From the IMG/VR virus record IMGVR_UViG_2711768806_000001: DNA of 64,000 nucleotides; one strand, 5' to 3'. Numbering within the stretch: the stretch's first letter is position 1; every line of letters starts with the position of its first letter. Origin of the DNA: a virus. The translations under genes were made by a program, and so were the position numbers. Below, one piece after another: positions 15,910 through 25,939 of the stretch. The notes beneath the pieces are model-generated. The model made no database searches. It was not told the origin of the DNA and was given only the letters and a program-made list of their open reading frames with translations.

Positions 15910-18449
15910 CGACACCTTTCAAGCAGGAGGCCTTTCCGTCGAACCCGGCTTCACCGTCGGGCCCGCCGGCTGGCTATACGCAACCGACTTCAGCGCCCCC
16001 CACCACGGGGGAGCCGCCCAAGACGTCGGCCGAGCTCTCCGCGATCCGTGGACAGTTCTGGGAACTGCTGCTGCAGAAGGTTGTCGAGGCGCTGGTGGGC
16101 GTTTTCCTCCCTGGCAACGGCAACGCGTTCGACCAGCTGCGCGACTGGGCGTTGAACATCCCGATCCTCGGCGACATTATCGAGGCGATCACCGGTTTGG
16201 TTGGCGGCGGGATCGAGGAACTAACACAGTTCTTCAACAATATCCGCAACTTCTTCCGGTCTATCGACTTCAACAATCCGAGCTTCAACCCGCTTCAGGC
16301 GGCGGCGCAGTTGGTGAATATCATCCTGGCCCCGTTGCGACAGGTCTTGCCGCGGCTGTTGACGTTCCTGCCTATCGGTGCGATCACGGCGCAGACACCG
16401 AACCTACTGTCGGCGCCGAAGTTCGCTGCCGATTCCGTGGATTCCGGGTCGGAGTGGGTTGTCGACCCTGACAAGTCGCATTCGAGCGACGGCACGGGCG
16501 CGGTGCGGGTTATCGCAAACGGCAAGCTGCACGCTTTGCGTTCGGGGGAGGAGCCCTCCGACGTTTTAGCCGTGGGTGCGGGCCAGTCGGTTGATGTGTC
16601 GATTTACGTCAGCTACGAGGATTACTCGGGGTCTGGCGATCCGATCCGGCTCGATGTGGTGCCGTTCATTGACGGGGTGGCTCAGCAGACCGTTTCTATT
16701 GTCACTCACACGCCGCAGGCCCAGGATTCGGGCTGGGTCTTGATGTCTGGCCGGTACACGGTGCCTGAAGATGTCACGGGTATGCAGCTCCGCCTTGTCG
16801 TGGACGAGCGTGCCGCGGCGGGGACTGTGTGGTTTGACGATGCCACGGTGAAGCAAACGGGCACGATCCGCCCTGAGTGGGTGGAGGGCCTGTCGGACCT
16901 GCTCCAGTCGCTGGGTTCTCAGGTCCAGTTGGTGATCGACACGGTTGTGAACGCGATCCGTGGTGGCATCTCGGTGGTCGGCAGCACGATTGAGGATTTG
17001 TTCGATGCGCTGCGCAATATCAACCCCGCCAACATCATTGGTTTGCTCGGACCAGCTGATCTGAGGGAGACAATCCAGGAGATCGTCAACACCGTTGTCG
17101 GCGGTATCCTCAACATCCCGAACGCGGCGGGCCACAGTATCGCCGACCTGTTCAACTACATACAGACAGTGGCGTCGAACGCGCTGGCGGGCCTGTTCTC
17201 GTGGACGACTCTTGGTATCCGTACCAATAAACCTGCCGATGGCGGATTGCTTCCGTCTGAGCGGTCAAACTTCCCGCTGTCCAACATTTCCGACGAACTG
17301 GTGGCTACGCAGTCGGCGTCGCTGATCGGCCTGGACTTCATTGAAGAAGACATGCCGTTGGGTGTGGTGTCGTGGATTGGCTACGGCGTCGCCGGTATCA
17401 CCGAGTTCTACGTGAACATCTGGAAAGTGGACACCACGAGCGGTGATTTCACCTTGGTTCACCATTCACCGAATATCGTGGGCATCCTGGAGGGAACATC
17501 TTCTCCGGGCGCGTTCATTTCCTACGAGTTGGCCGATCCGCTGCCCGTGGTGGCGAGTGAGGTGTACGCCTATGAGCTTGTCCCTGTTGGTGGGACGCAC
17601 ACAGTTCAGGGCAGGGTGGCGAACCTTCCGCAGCATCCCACGGCGCAGATTGTTTCGTTGGCGGCGACCCGCAACAACACTTCCCCGAATAGTCCGCCGT
17701 CTTCGATTGCGAAGGCGAGCGTCACCCGTTCGGGGAATGTTCCGTGGATCGGCATTGCAATCGATACAGGTTCTGGTGGGGATCATCACGACCCGCTGAG
17801 GGTGTACCTCGGCACATCGGCCACGACGATCCCGATCCCGAACTGGTGCAACTACGTGGATGTGGTGGGTGTCGGCGCGGGCGGCGGCGGGCAGCAGGGC
17901 TTGTTGCTCGGGTTGAATGGTGCTCCGGGTCGGCCGGGGTTGTTTAACTCCACGACATGGGTTCGTGACACTGACTTTTCGGGCACGTCCACTGTCGTTA
18001 CGTTCGCCCCTGGCGCTGGTGGCACGGGCGGTTCTGGATCTGGGTCTGCCGGTGGCGACACCACTATTTCCATCCCGGGGAAGTCTCTCATCTGCGAGGG
18101 CGGTGCTGGCGGCGACGGCGTCGGATTTCTCACCGCCCCCGTGGGTCGTGGTCCGGGTTCGTTCACCTTCAATGGGCAGGAGTATGTCGGCGGCAAGGAC
18201 CAGAAGGTACTTGGCGGCGACGGCGCACCGGCTGGTGGCGCGGGCAATGGTGGGCGCGGCGCCCTGGCGTCGTTTGAGGGCGGCGGTGACGGTGCGCCCG
18301 GTGGTGCGTGGGTGTACTTCCGGCCCGACCCGCTTCCCGACCCCGACCCCGTGGACCTGACGCCCCCTACGGCTCCGACGCTCGTCGAGCTGGTGGATTC
18401 AACTTTCAGTTCACTCACTATCACATGGTCTGGAGCGACGGACGAGTGA
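15906..18449 (+). CDS. Minor tail protein with carbohydrate-binding-like and Gly-rich domains
   Basis: ATGA overlap; VWFDDATVKQ CBM-like segment; Gly-rich C-terminus. Confidence 0.85.
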   Translation: MTTPFKQEAFPSNPASPSGPPAGYTQPTSAPPTTGEPPKTSAELSAIRGQFWELLLQKVVEALVGVFLPGNGNAFDQLRDWALNIPILGDIIEAITGLVGGGIEELTQFFNNIRNFFRSIDFNNPSFNPLQAAAQLVNIILAPLRQVLPRLLTFLPIGAITAQTPNLLSAPKFAADSVDSGSEWVVDPDKSHSSDGTGAVRVIANGKLHALRSGEEPSDVLAVGAGQSVDVSIYVSYEDYSGSGDPIRLDVVPFIDGVAQQTVSIVTHTPQAQDSGWVLMSGRYTVPEDVTGMQLRLVVDERAAAGTVWFDDATVKQTGTIRPEWVEGLSDLLQSLGSQVQLVIDTVVNAIRGGISVVGSTIEDLFDALRNINPANIIGLLGPADLRETIQEIVNTVVGGILNIPNAAGHSIADLFNYIQTVASNALAGLFSWTTLGIRTNKPADGGLLPSERSNFPLSNISDELVATQSASLIGLDFIEEDMPLGVVSWIGYGVAGITEFYVNIWKVDTTSGDFTLVHHSPNIVGILEGTSSPGAFISYELADPLPVVASEVYAYELVPVGGTHTVQGRVANLPQHPTAQIVSLAATRNNTSPNSPPSSIAKASVTRSGNVPWIGIAIDTGSGGDHHDPLRVYLGTSATTIPIPNWCNYVDVVGVGAGGGGQQGLLLGLNGAPGRPGLFNSTTWVRDTDFSGTSTVVTFAPGAGGTGGSGSGSAGGDTTISIPGKSLICEGGAGGDGVGFLTAPVGRGPGSFTFNGQEYVGGKDQKVLGGDGAPAGGAGNGGRGALASFEGGGDGAPGGAWVYFRPDPLPDPDPVDLTPPTAPTLVELVDSTFSSLTITWSGATDE

Positions 18450-20335
18450 CAATTCAAGGCTATTTTGTGTACGCCAGAGAAAAAGACGCCGGCGGAGATT
18501 TCATTCAGTTGAACTCCGAGCCGGTTCTTCCCCCGCTGGCGCACAACGGGCTTCAGTCCAACACGACGTACGAGTTCTATGTTCAAACCATCGACAATGC
18601 CGGTTGGATATCTGACCCGTCTGATGTGTACGAGTTCACCACACCCGCACACGAAGAGGGTGACCTGCTGTCGCCGGAGGATCAGGCGATGGTGGATCAG
18701 ATTGTGGAGGAGTCCCGCGCCGAGACCGGGCAGCCGGGTGTGATTGTTCAGATCACCGGGCCGCGCGGCAACTATGCGAAAGCGTACGGCACCAGTGTGG
18801 GTGGCACGCCGCGACCGTTGACGCTGGATGACCATTTCCGCATGGGCAGCTCCACGAAGCTGTTCACCGCGATCGCGTTCTTCCAGGCCGTTGACAAGGG
18901 ATTGATCACCCTCGAAGACACGCTGGAGCAGTACGTGCCGGGCATCCCTAACGGGACGGTGATCACGATGGCGCACATGTTGTCGATGCGGTCGGGGATC
19001 GCCGAGTACACGGCGGGAGCGAACGCCCTTGTATACGCGGTTTTTCCGACGTGGCCATGGAAAGGGGCGGAAGATTTCCTGTCGTCCATGAAGGCGAAGC
19101 CAAACTTCTACCCCGGCACAGACTATCCGTACACGAACTCCAACTTTGCTTTGATCGGCATGGTTTTGGAGAAGGTCGACCCGGAGCATCGTTCGATCAA
19201 GCAGATTTTCCAAGAGGACATCATCGAACCGCTGGGCTTGACGGAAACAGCCTGGCCACCCACCGGCCCCGTTCCGCCCCCGGCGTCGATCAAGGATGCG
19301 ATCAACCCGAACTTTCTGAACGCGGCCGGTGCGCTCACCGCCAACATCAACGACTACACGAAACTGATCCAGGCGATCCGCGACAACGTGCTGTTGTCCG
19401 AGGAGTCGTTCAACACGTGGACAACAACATTCTGGAAACATCAGACAGGGTGGGACAAGTTCGCGAAGGGCTACTACATTCCGATCGATTACTACTACGG
19501 GTACGGAATGGAAAGCTTCGGTACGTGGCTTGGGCATCCGGGCCTGTTCTACGGGGGCTGGTCTTCGACGCTGTTCTATGAGAACGGATCCGGGGCGACG
19601 TTCGCGCTTCATGAGAACATGAACACCGAGAACCCTCCCGCGGCTGGATACACACGGATTTGGGTTCGGGTTGCGGAGTACCTGTATCCGGGCACGATCA
19701 CGAATGACCAGAACTGGCCGGTTCCTCCGGCCCCGGTGGATTTGGGTTATGACGCGGTGTCGGACCCGTTGTCCGGGTTTGGCAGTGCCAGCAAGTCGTT
19801 CACGGCGTCTGCCGGATCGACGGTGTTTGTGGTGATGTCGTGGGACCGTTCGGGTTCTGCGCCAGTAGTCACGTACGCCGAGGGTGGCGGAACACTGGTC
19901 GGGTCGGTGTATCACAATGGCAGCGCTTCAAACGGCGGGTTGGCGATCTACCGCATGGACAATGCCGGTGCCGGGTCCGCGAAAACCGTGAAGGTGGAGG
20001 GGCCGGGATGGGTGAGTGCGTATGCGATCTCGTTCAAGAATGTGGTGTCGGTCGGTGAAGCTGACGCTGCGTTCGGTAGCGGCACCGCACATTCCCAGTC
20101 GGTGACGGTGCCCGCAGGCAGTGTGGCGTTGCAGGTGTTCGGCGCCGGTGGCGGTGGCGGCCCCTCGTATGACCTGGTTTCGGTGGTGGGTGCCCGGTTG
20201 CGCGCGAAGCAGGAGGGCACGAATCCGCTGCTGTGCGTCAACACCACAACGAATACGGGGACGGTTAATGCGACGTCGTCACATAGCAATAAGTGGTCGG
20301 CGTTGGCGGTGAATCTGCAAATCGGGGCGGGCTGA
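18446..20335 (+). CDS. Minor tail protein with beta-lactamase/D-Ala-D-Ala carboxypeptidase domain
   Basis: GTGA overlap; FN3-like N-terminus; FRMGSSTK (SxxK), YTN, GHPG motifs. Confidence 0.88.
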   Translation: MTIQGYFVYAREKDAGGDFIQLNSEPVLPPLAHNGLQSNTTYEFYVQTIDNAGWISDPSDVYEFTTPAHEEGDLLSPEDQAMVDQIVEESRAETGQPGVIVQITGPRGNYAKAYGTSVGGTPRPLTLDDHFRMGSSTKLFTAIAFFQAVDKGLITLEDTLEQYVPGIPNGTVITMAHMLSMRSGIAEYTAGANALVYAVFPTWPWKGAEDFLSSMKAKPNFYPGTDYPYTNSNFALIGMVLEKVDPEHRSIKQIFQEDIIEPLGLTETAWPPTGPVPPPASIKDAINPNFLNAAGALTANINDYTKLIQAIRDNVLLSEESFNTWTTTFWKHQTGWDKFAKGYYIPIDYYYGYGMESFGTWLGHPGLFYGGWSSTLFYENGSGATFALHENMNTENPPAAGYTRIWVRVAEYLYPGTITNDQNWPVPPAPVDLGYDAVSDPLSGFGSASKSFTASAGSTVFVVMSWDRSGSAPVVTYAEGGGTLVGSVYHNGSASNGGLAIYRMDNAGAGSAKTVKVEGPGWVSAYAISFKNVVSVGEADAAFGSGTAHSQSVTVPAGSVALQVFGAGGGGGPSYDLVSVVGARLRAKQEGTNPLLCVNTTTNTGTVNATSSHSNKWSALAVNLQIGAG

Positions 20336-21537
20336 TGGCGGGGTGGTGGGCCGAGGTTCACGCCCATTTCGGTGTGACCCTCGCGCCTGAAGTGGGGTTC
20401 ACCTACGGCGGGCCGTCGCAGGAGTTCGGCGTGGCCGTGGCCCCCGAGGTGGGCATGTCGGGGATTGCGCGGAACACGGCCACCTTCGGGCTGGTGCTGC
20501 CCACCCTGATCGGGATGAGTGGCGGCGGAAAGAGTGTCGCCTCATTCGGGTTGGCATTGAATCCGTACATTGCGATGCGTGAACCTGGCGGGTTCACACC
20601 GTTGTTCCCATCCGAGGATGTGTTCCCCTCGACGTCGTTGTTCCCGACACCGCGCAGTCAACGGCCCGGGTTTGGCATGGCGCTTTCCCCGGCGCTGGGG
20701 TTCGCGGTCGACGGTGTGCGCTATGCCCGCGAGTTCGAGGTGAGCGTTTCCCCGTCGGTGGGAATGTCGGCGTCGGAGCGGTACGCGTCGGTGTTCGACC
20801 TGGCAGTCACCCCCGAGGTTGGGATGTCCGCGGTGGAGCGGTATGCCCGCACGTTCGGCGTGTCTGTCACGCCGACCGTGGGGATGGACGCTGTCGGCAA
20901 CGATGGTGTGGATCCGGTGGCGTACAACGCTGTCGGCGCCACTGGTGTGGTGTGGACCAGCTTCGGCGGTACGCAGACAGAGACGTTCGACTTCACCGCA
21001 GCGGCAGGCGCGGACGTTTTCGTGGCGGTGTCATGGGACCGCTCGGGGCCGTCGATCACCGGCATCACTTATGGCGGCGTCGCGATGACACAGTTGGCGA
21101 TTGTCTCCCATAACAACGACGCCACCAGGGGTTCGGTGTCGGTGTGGAGGCTCGCCGGGGCGGGCAGCGGATCGGCTAAGTCGGTTGCGATCACGCACAG
21201 CGGCTCAATGTATGGGGCTGCGAACGTGATATCCGCGACGCATGTCGGGTCCGTCAGCACGGCCACCGCGTACGGTTCTGGAGCATCCCCGTCGCAGGCC
21301 GTGACCGTTCCGGCGGGTGGTCTGGTCATCCACGTGCTTGCTGCTGGTAACGGGTCTACCGGGTCTGTTTCTTCGTGGACGTCCTACTCGGGCATGACGA
21401 ACAGGTCGCTCGTACAGTCGGATTTGTCTCGCACGCAGGTGGCTTTGAGTACAGCTTCGGCGAGCGGCACCGTGAGTGCAACATCGTCCGGTTCGAATCC
21501 GTGGAGCGGCATCTCTGTCGCTCTGTCACCAATATAA
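20335..21537 (+). CDS. Minor tail protein
   Basis: TGATG overlap; AVTPEVGM-type repeats; C-terminus resembles that of the preceding gene. Confidence 0.8.
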   Translation: MAGWWAEVHAHFGVTLAPEVGFTYGGPSQEFGVAVAPEVGMSGIARNTATFGLVLPTLIGMSGGGKSVASFGLALNPYIAMREPGGFTPLFPSEDVFPSTSLFPTPRSQRPGFGMALSPALGFAVDGVRYAREFEVSVSPSVGMSASERYASVFDLAVTPEVGMSAVERYARTFGVSVTPTVGMDAVGNDGVDPVAYNAVGATGVVWTSFGGTQTETFDFTAAAGADVFVAVSWDRSGPSITGITYGGVAMTQLAIVSHNNDATRGSVSVWRLAGAGSGSAKSVAITHSGSMYGAANVISATHVGSVSTATAYGSGASPSQAVTVPAGGLVIHVLAAGNGSTGSVSSWTSYSGMTNRSLVQSDLSRTQVALSTASASGTVSATSSGSNPWSGISVALSPI

Positions 21538-21560
21538 AGTTCTGGAAAGGAAGCGGGATC

Positions 21561-21902
21561 ATGGGCATTCCCAATGCAACACACAAGGCCGCCTCGGATG
21601 CGATCGCGGCGTTAGGTTCGTACATCAGTGTGCATACGGGTGCGGCTGGCACGACGGGCACGAACGAGGCGACGGGCGGCGGTTACGCCCGTCAGGCCAC
21701 GTCGTGGACGAGCGGGTCGAGTGGCACGAACACGGGAGACGAAGTGACCATCCCCGTCGCCGCCGGCACCTACGTTGAAGGCGGCATCTGGTCGGCGTCG
21801 TCGGGTGGCACGTTTGTGGGTTCCGCGGCGTTCGACGACGGCAACGTTGAAGTGAGCGGCACGGGTGCGTCGATCGATGTAACCCCAAGAATAGTCGCTT
21901 AA
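21561..21902 (+). CDS. Minor tail protein
   Basis: ISVHTGAAGTTGTNEATGGGYARQ motif typical of phage tail proteins. Confidence 0.75.
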   Translation: MGIPNATHKAASDAIAALGSYISVHTGAAGTTGTNEATGGGYARQATSWTSGSSGTNTGDEVTIPVAAGTYVEGGIWSASSGGTFVGSAAFDDGNVEVSGTGASIDVTPRIVA

Positions 21903-21941
21903 AAATGAAAGACGCTGTCGCGCAACGGAAAAGGGGTTAGC

Positions 21942-22196
21942 GTGCGGATCAAGACTGATCATCAGATCGTCGTGTTCGGTAACGATCTGATGGGCCTGTT
22001 TGACACCGACGGTGTACTGATCACCCAAGGTTCACGTACCGCAACGGGCTGGAAAGTCACCGCCGAGGGTGCGGCTGACGTGGATACCGAAACCCGGTCG
22101 GACGCGATCACCGCCATGATCAACATGGCGTTGGAAGTGCTTCCAGGGGACGGGTATTCGTGCCTGGTGCCGCACGGGTTGCGGGACCAGCCCTAG
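21942..22196 (+). CDS. Hypothetical protein of tail cassette
   Basis: GGGG SD; 84 aa. Confidence 0.7.
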   Translation: MRIKTDHQIVVFGNDLMGLFDTDGVLITQGSRTATGWKVTAEGAADVDTETRSDAITAMINMALEVLPGDGYSCLVPHGLRDQP

Positions 22197-22210
22197 AAAG
22201 GGGCATGTTC

Positions 22211-22849
22211 ATGGCTTACGACAAGCAGGCGTGGCAGAACGCGCCATCAACGGAGACTCCGTTGTCGGCGGCAGCGTTGAATCACATGGAGGACGGTATC
22301 GCCGATGCCCACGATCTCGCCGAGAGCAAGGCAGATGGCGAGCACACACACGTGCTGGCGGATGTCACGGATGTGGTGGCGACGGCCGGTGAGGTGAATG
22401 TGCTGGCCGGTGCGACGGTTTCGACTGGCGAGCTGAACACGCTCGATGGCGTGACCTCGAACGTTCAAACCCAGTTGGATGGGAAGGCTGCCACGTCGCA
22501 CACCCACGCGGCATCATCCATCACGTCCGGCACGCTGGACATCGCCCGTATCCCTGTGGGCAACTCAGGCTCGACGGTGTGCGTGGGTAACGATTCGCGC
22601 CTGTCAGATCAACGCACACCACTCGATGGTTCGGTGTCGTCAGCGAAGATTGCATCCGGGTCGATCACCAACACCCACGTCAGCCCGTCCGCGGCGATCG
22701 CGGCGTCGAAAATGTCGACGGGTGTGCAAGCATCGCTCACCAAAGCGGACGGGTCGGTGCAGAAGTCTGGGACCGCTGAGGGCATGTGGATGGGCACCAC
22801 CCTTCCTGGTACCGGCACGGCGGGTGTGTTGTACGTGGTGGTGCCGTGA
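22211..22849 (+). CDS. Minor tail/fibre protein
   Basis: PLSAAALNHMEDGI motif; HTH(A/V) fibre repeats. Confidence 0.75.
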   Translation: MAYDKQAWQNAPSTETPLSAAALNHMEDGIADAHDLAESKADGEHTHVLADVTDVVATAGEVNVLAGATVSTGELNTLDGVTSNVQTQLDGKAATSHTHAASSITSGTLDIARIPVGNSGSTVCVGNDSRLSDQRTPLDGSVSSAKIASGSITNTHVSPSAAIAASKMSTGVQASLTKADGSVQKSGTAEGMWMGTTLPGTGTAGVLYVVVP

Positions 22850-23700
22850 AAGTTTGGAACGGCACGGCGTTCGTTGACCCCACCGCGTTCAAGGTGTGGA
22901 ACGGTACTGCGTTCGTCAACCCCGAGCTGTACACGTGGAACGGGACCGGTTTTCAGAAGCTGTGGCCCACGTTCACCCCGTTCAGCATTTCCAGCGAAGA
23001 CCCCGGATACACGGATATCTACGACGAACCGGTACCCGAGGGCGCGTCCGGGGCATGGGTGACCCTGATCGGAGGCGGTGGCGGCCAAGGATCCGGGGCC
23101 CGGTCCAGCACCACCACCGGCACGCGCTACGGCGGCGGCGGTGGTGGCGGCGGTGCCCGAGTCAGGGTATGGGTGCCGATCGAGGCGATGGGCCCGACCT
23201 ACAGCGTGACGCGCGGCAACCGAGGCAACGCCGGTGCCAGCGCGGCCACCGGCAGCAACAGCTACAGCGGCAATGCGGGGACCGCGGGCGCAGCGTCGAC
23301 CTTCTCATCGGGAAGCGTGCACCTCACCGCCGGTGGCGGGTCGCCTGGCAGCGGTGGCACCAACACCTCGGCGTCGGGCGCGGGCGGATCTGGTGGAACG
23401 CCAACAGTAGTGGGTGTCACCGGGGCAGAGGCCAGCAACGGCGGCAACGGCGGCAAGGGCGGCAGCAGCCCGGTTAACGGTCAGGACCACATCAACGGTT
23501 CAGGGCCGGGCGGTGGTGGTGGCGGCGGCAGGAGCGCAGGCGGCGTGATCTCGCCGGCTGTGTCCGGTGTGGGTCTGCCGATCGGTGATGTGGTGTTCGG
23601 GCGTGGTGGGCAGGGCGGCAATGGGCAGGGCGCGGGAACGTCGTCTACCTCTGGCCCTGCCACCGCAACATATGGCTACGTCCTGATCGAGTGGGAATAA
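22846..23700 (+). CDS. Gly-rich minor tail protein
   Basis: GTGA overlap; KVWNGTAFV repeats; poly-Gly tracts. Confidence 0.8.
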   Translation: MKVWNGTAFVDPTAFKVWNGTAFVNPELYTWNGTGFQKLWPTFTPFSISSEDPGYTDIYDEPVPEGASGAWVTLIGGGGGQGSGARSSTTTGTRYGGGGGGGGARVRVWVPIEAMGPTYSVTRGNRGNAGASAATGSNSYSGNAGTAGAASTFSSGSVHLTAGGGSPGSGGTNTSASGAGGSGGTPTVVGVTGAEASNGGNGGKGGSSPVNGQDHINGSGPGGGGGGGRSAGGVISPAVSGVGLPIGDVVFGRGGQGGNGQGAGTSSTSGPATATYGYVLIEWE

Positions 23701-23704
23701 CTCG

Positions 23705-23902
23705 CTAATGGTTCGGGTCACCAGCAGCGCGGAGTTGATACACACGCTGCTTGGAAATCTTCAGGGCGCGGCCAATGTCATGCCACGTGATGCCGTGGAC
23801 AGTCATCGCCTCGTAGACGAGGGCAGCCAGTTCGGCATCAAGCTCGGCGATAGTCGCTGCGCGTTTCTGCCGGTTGGCGATCATGCGGTCGATGATTGTC
23901 AC
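23705..23902 (-). CDS. Helix-turn-helix DNA-binding protein
   Basis: TWHDIGRALKISKQRVYQL HTH; AGGA-like SD on minus strand. Confidence 0.8.
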   Translation of the reverse strand: MTIIDRMIANRQKRAATIAELDAELAALVYEAMTVHGITWHDIGRALKISKQRVYQLRAAGDPNH

Positions 23903-24050
23903 ATCTAGGAGTGTATCTCAAAGAAACACTGGTGCACGTGGTCAAACGCGGTTAGACTCGCGTTCATCAACTTGAGACACCGCCCGGCGGGGCGATAGGC
24001 CTGAGAAACCAACCCCGCCGGACGGCCCACCCCCAACAGGAGGCCCACCA

Positions 24051-24347
24051 ATGCTACGCACCGCCATCGCAACCATCACAGCCGCCCTCGCCCTCGCACT
24101 CGGAATACCCGCCGTCGCAGACGCCGCACCCAAACACTGCGACAACCACGGCGTAGGCGCAGGCAAAATCTACAAACACGCCTGCGCCACAGGCCCCGGC
24201 GGTGCAGGGGCCAACTGGAACCCCGTCATGAACCCTGACGGCACCTACAAAACCGTCACAGAAGACGGCAAAACGCGCAAGGTGTACAAGTGCGTTCGGC
24301 ACTGCGGCGGCGGCCGCCACCACGGCGAGACCACAGAGCCCTGGTGA
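24051..24347 (+). CDS. Secreted Cys-containing protein
   Basis: AGGAGG SD; signal peptide ending ADA; four Cys. Confidence 0.75.
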   Translation: MLRTAIATITAALALALGIPAVADAAPKHCDNHGVGAGKIYKHACATGPGGAGANWNPVMNPDGTYKTVTEDGKTRKVYKCVRHCGGGRHHGETTEPW

Positions 24348-24360
24348 TCCCCGGAGCGCG

Positions 24361-24391
24361 CCATCGGCAGCGCCGCTGACGCTGCCGATGG
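24361..24391. terminator. 12-bp hairpin, possible terminator or processing site
   Basis: CCATCGGCAGCG / CGCTGCCGATGG; no U-tract. Confidence 0.4.
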
Positions 24392-24505
24392 AAGTTGCAT
24401 AACCCTTTCGAGTGGTGCGCGCGTTCGCAACCCTCCACTGAACATCCCGCCACCCCCACATCATGCCACCCGCTAATGGCGATCACACACGGAACGGAGA
24501 ACCCG

Positions 24506-24637
24506 GTGACAAGCCCCGCTAGCGACACCGGGCGGCTTGTGCTACGAGCCGGTACGGCTTTAGTCGGCGCCGCCATCCTGTGCGGGCTGGCCCTGGTATA
24601 CGCCATGGCCGACCAAGACACTATTCATTACGCCTGA
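24506..24637 (+). CDS. Small membrane protein
   Basis: GGAG SD; one hydrophobic segment. Confidence 0.55.
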   Translation: MTSPASDTGRLVLRAGTALVGAAILCGLALVYAMADQDTIHYA

Positions 24638-24652
24638 CCCCCTCGGTTGGCA

Positions 24653-24678
24653 GCCCCGCGTAGCGGGGCCTTCTTTTT
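24653..24678 (+). terminator. Intrinsic terminator
   Basis: GCCCCGC-GTA-GCGGGGC then CTTCTTTTT. Confidence 0.75.
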
Positions 24679-24695
24679 GCCCGAAACGGAGGCGC

Positions 24696-25205
24696 ATGCC
24701 CCTTTATCGCACGCTCGGCCCGTTTACGTACATCGACGATGGCCGAGTAAACCATATAACCCGGGCTGGTGTTATTATCAGCATCAGCCGGGAAACGGCC
24801 AGTGAATTGTCCGGGCTTGTCGCGCACGTTGACGGTGGAGTCACTAGCTTTCCTCGCGCCGAGGTGGTCACCTACGAAAGCTATAGCGATTTTCCGGCGC
24901 AAGGCAATGGTGGGTACATTTATGTGGACCGCAGCGGTAACGCAATCTACCAATGGGTGGATGATGAATATGTTGCCATCGCCGGAACCACGTCGTGGAG
25001 CGCCCTGCCGGGCAAGCCTTCAGAGTTCCCGCCATCCGACCATACCCACGCCGCGTCGGACATTGCCGACGCCGTACGCACCGTCATTGTCTCCACGGGC
25101 TCAGAAGCTCGTCCCTCGACGACGGGCACGGTCCTGTGGCTCGGCGGCTCCAGCGAGCCTGCGAACTATGACGACACCAAAGACATCTGGTTCGGGACGG
25201 ACTAA
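24696..25205 (+). CDS. Probable virion accessory protein
   Basis: GGAGG SD; YIYVD..NAIYQW and WSALPGKPSEFPPSDHTH fibre-like motifs. Confidence 0.7.
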   Translation: MPLYRTLGPFTYIDDGRVNHITRAGVIISISRETASELSGLVAHVDGGVTSFPRAEVVTYESYSDFPAQGNGGYIYVDRSGNAIYQWVDDEYVAIAGTTSWSALPGKPSEFPPSDHTHAASDIADAVRTVIVSTGSEARPSTTGTVLWLGGSSEPANYDDTKDIWFGTD

Positions 25206-25874
25206 GTGCGGGTACTCGGACAAGAAATCACCAAGGTCCGGGTCTGCGGGGTCGACGTCGCTCGAGTCCGGGTTCGCGGCGTTGACGAGTGGACCAGCGC
25301 TCCGTCAGCCCCCGATCCGATAAGTTACTTCGACTGGCACGAAGGCGGGGGCTCGACCACGACATCAATCGTGTCGTCGCACGTCCTCACCGCCTCCAGC
25401 CCCTCAACGGCGTGGAACGGGCAGTCGGCCAATGGAACGTTCACCGGCAACATCGGCGACACTCCCACCACGACGTGGACCCTCGCCGTGGAGTTCACCC
25501 TCGACTCGGGGTCGAGTTGGCGCAACCTGCTGCACACCTCGGATGCCGGAACCGCCGACGAAATCTGGCTGCAGCTGAACGGCGCAACGTTGAACGTCTG
25601 GACATCGGCCGGGGCCTCCACCGGGTTTGACCCAGCGTTTCCCACGGTCGCGTCGAACGTCAGGACAATGCTTGCCGTCACCTGCGATGGCACCACGCAG
25701 CGGGTGTACCTAGACGGCGAACTGGCCACCTCACGCACGCGGGCCACCATCCTCGAACCAACCTCTGCGGTCATCCGGGACAGCTCCGAGAACCTCAACG
25801 GCTATGTGCACACCGTCCGCTTCTGGGACATCGCATTGAGCGATGCTGAGGTCGCAGCACTCATATCGGCCTAA
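25206..25874 (+). CDS. LamG/concanavalin A-like domain protein
   Basis: LAVTCDGTTQRVYLDG...VRFWDIALSDAEV LamG-like pattern. Confidence 0.7.
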   Translation: MRVLGQEITKVRVCGVDVARVRVRGVDEWTSAPSAPDPISYFDWHEGGGSTTTSIVSSHVLTASSPSTAWNGQSANGTFTGNIGDTPTTTWTLAVEFTLDSGSSWRNLLHTSDAGTADEIWLQLNGATLNVWTSAGASTGFDPAFPTVASNVRTMLAVTCDGTTQRVYLDGELATSRTRATILEPTSAVIRDSSENLNGYVHTVRFWDIALSDAEVAALISA

Positions 25875-25889
25875 ACGAATCTATATAAC

Positions 25890-25920
25890 GCCCCCGCGAG
25901 TTTTATCCGGGGGCTTCTTT
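25890..25920 (+). terminator. Intrinsic terminator before lysis cassette
   Basis: GCCCCCG / CGGGGGC then TTCTTT. Confidence 0.6.
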
Positions 25921-25939
25921 ATTCCCCGAAGGGGCTCCA

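Noticed and set aside
21488-21502. GGTTCGAATCC T-loop-like motif
   Set aside because: Lies inside a tail CDS with no surrounding cloverleaf
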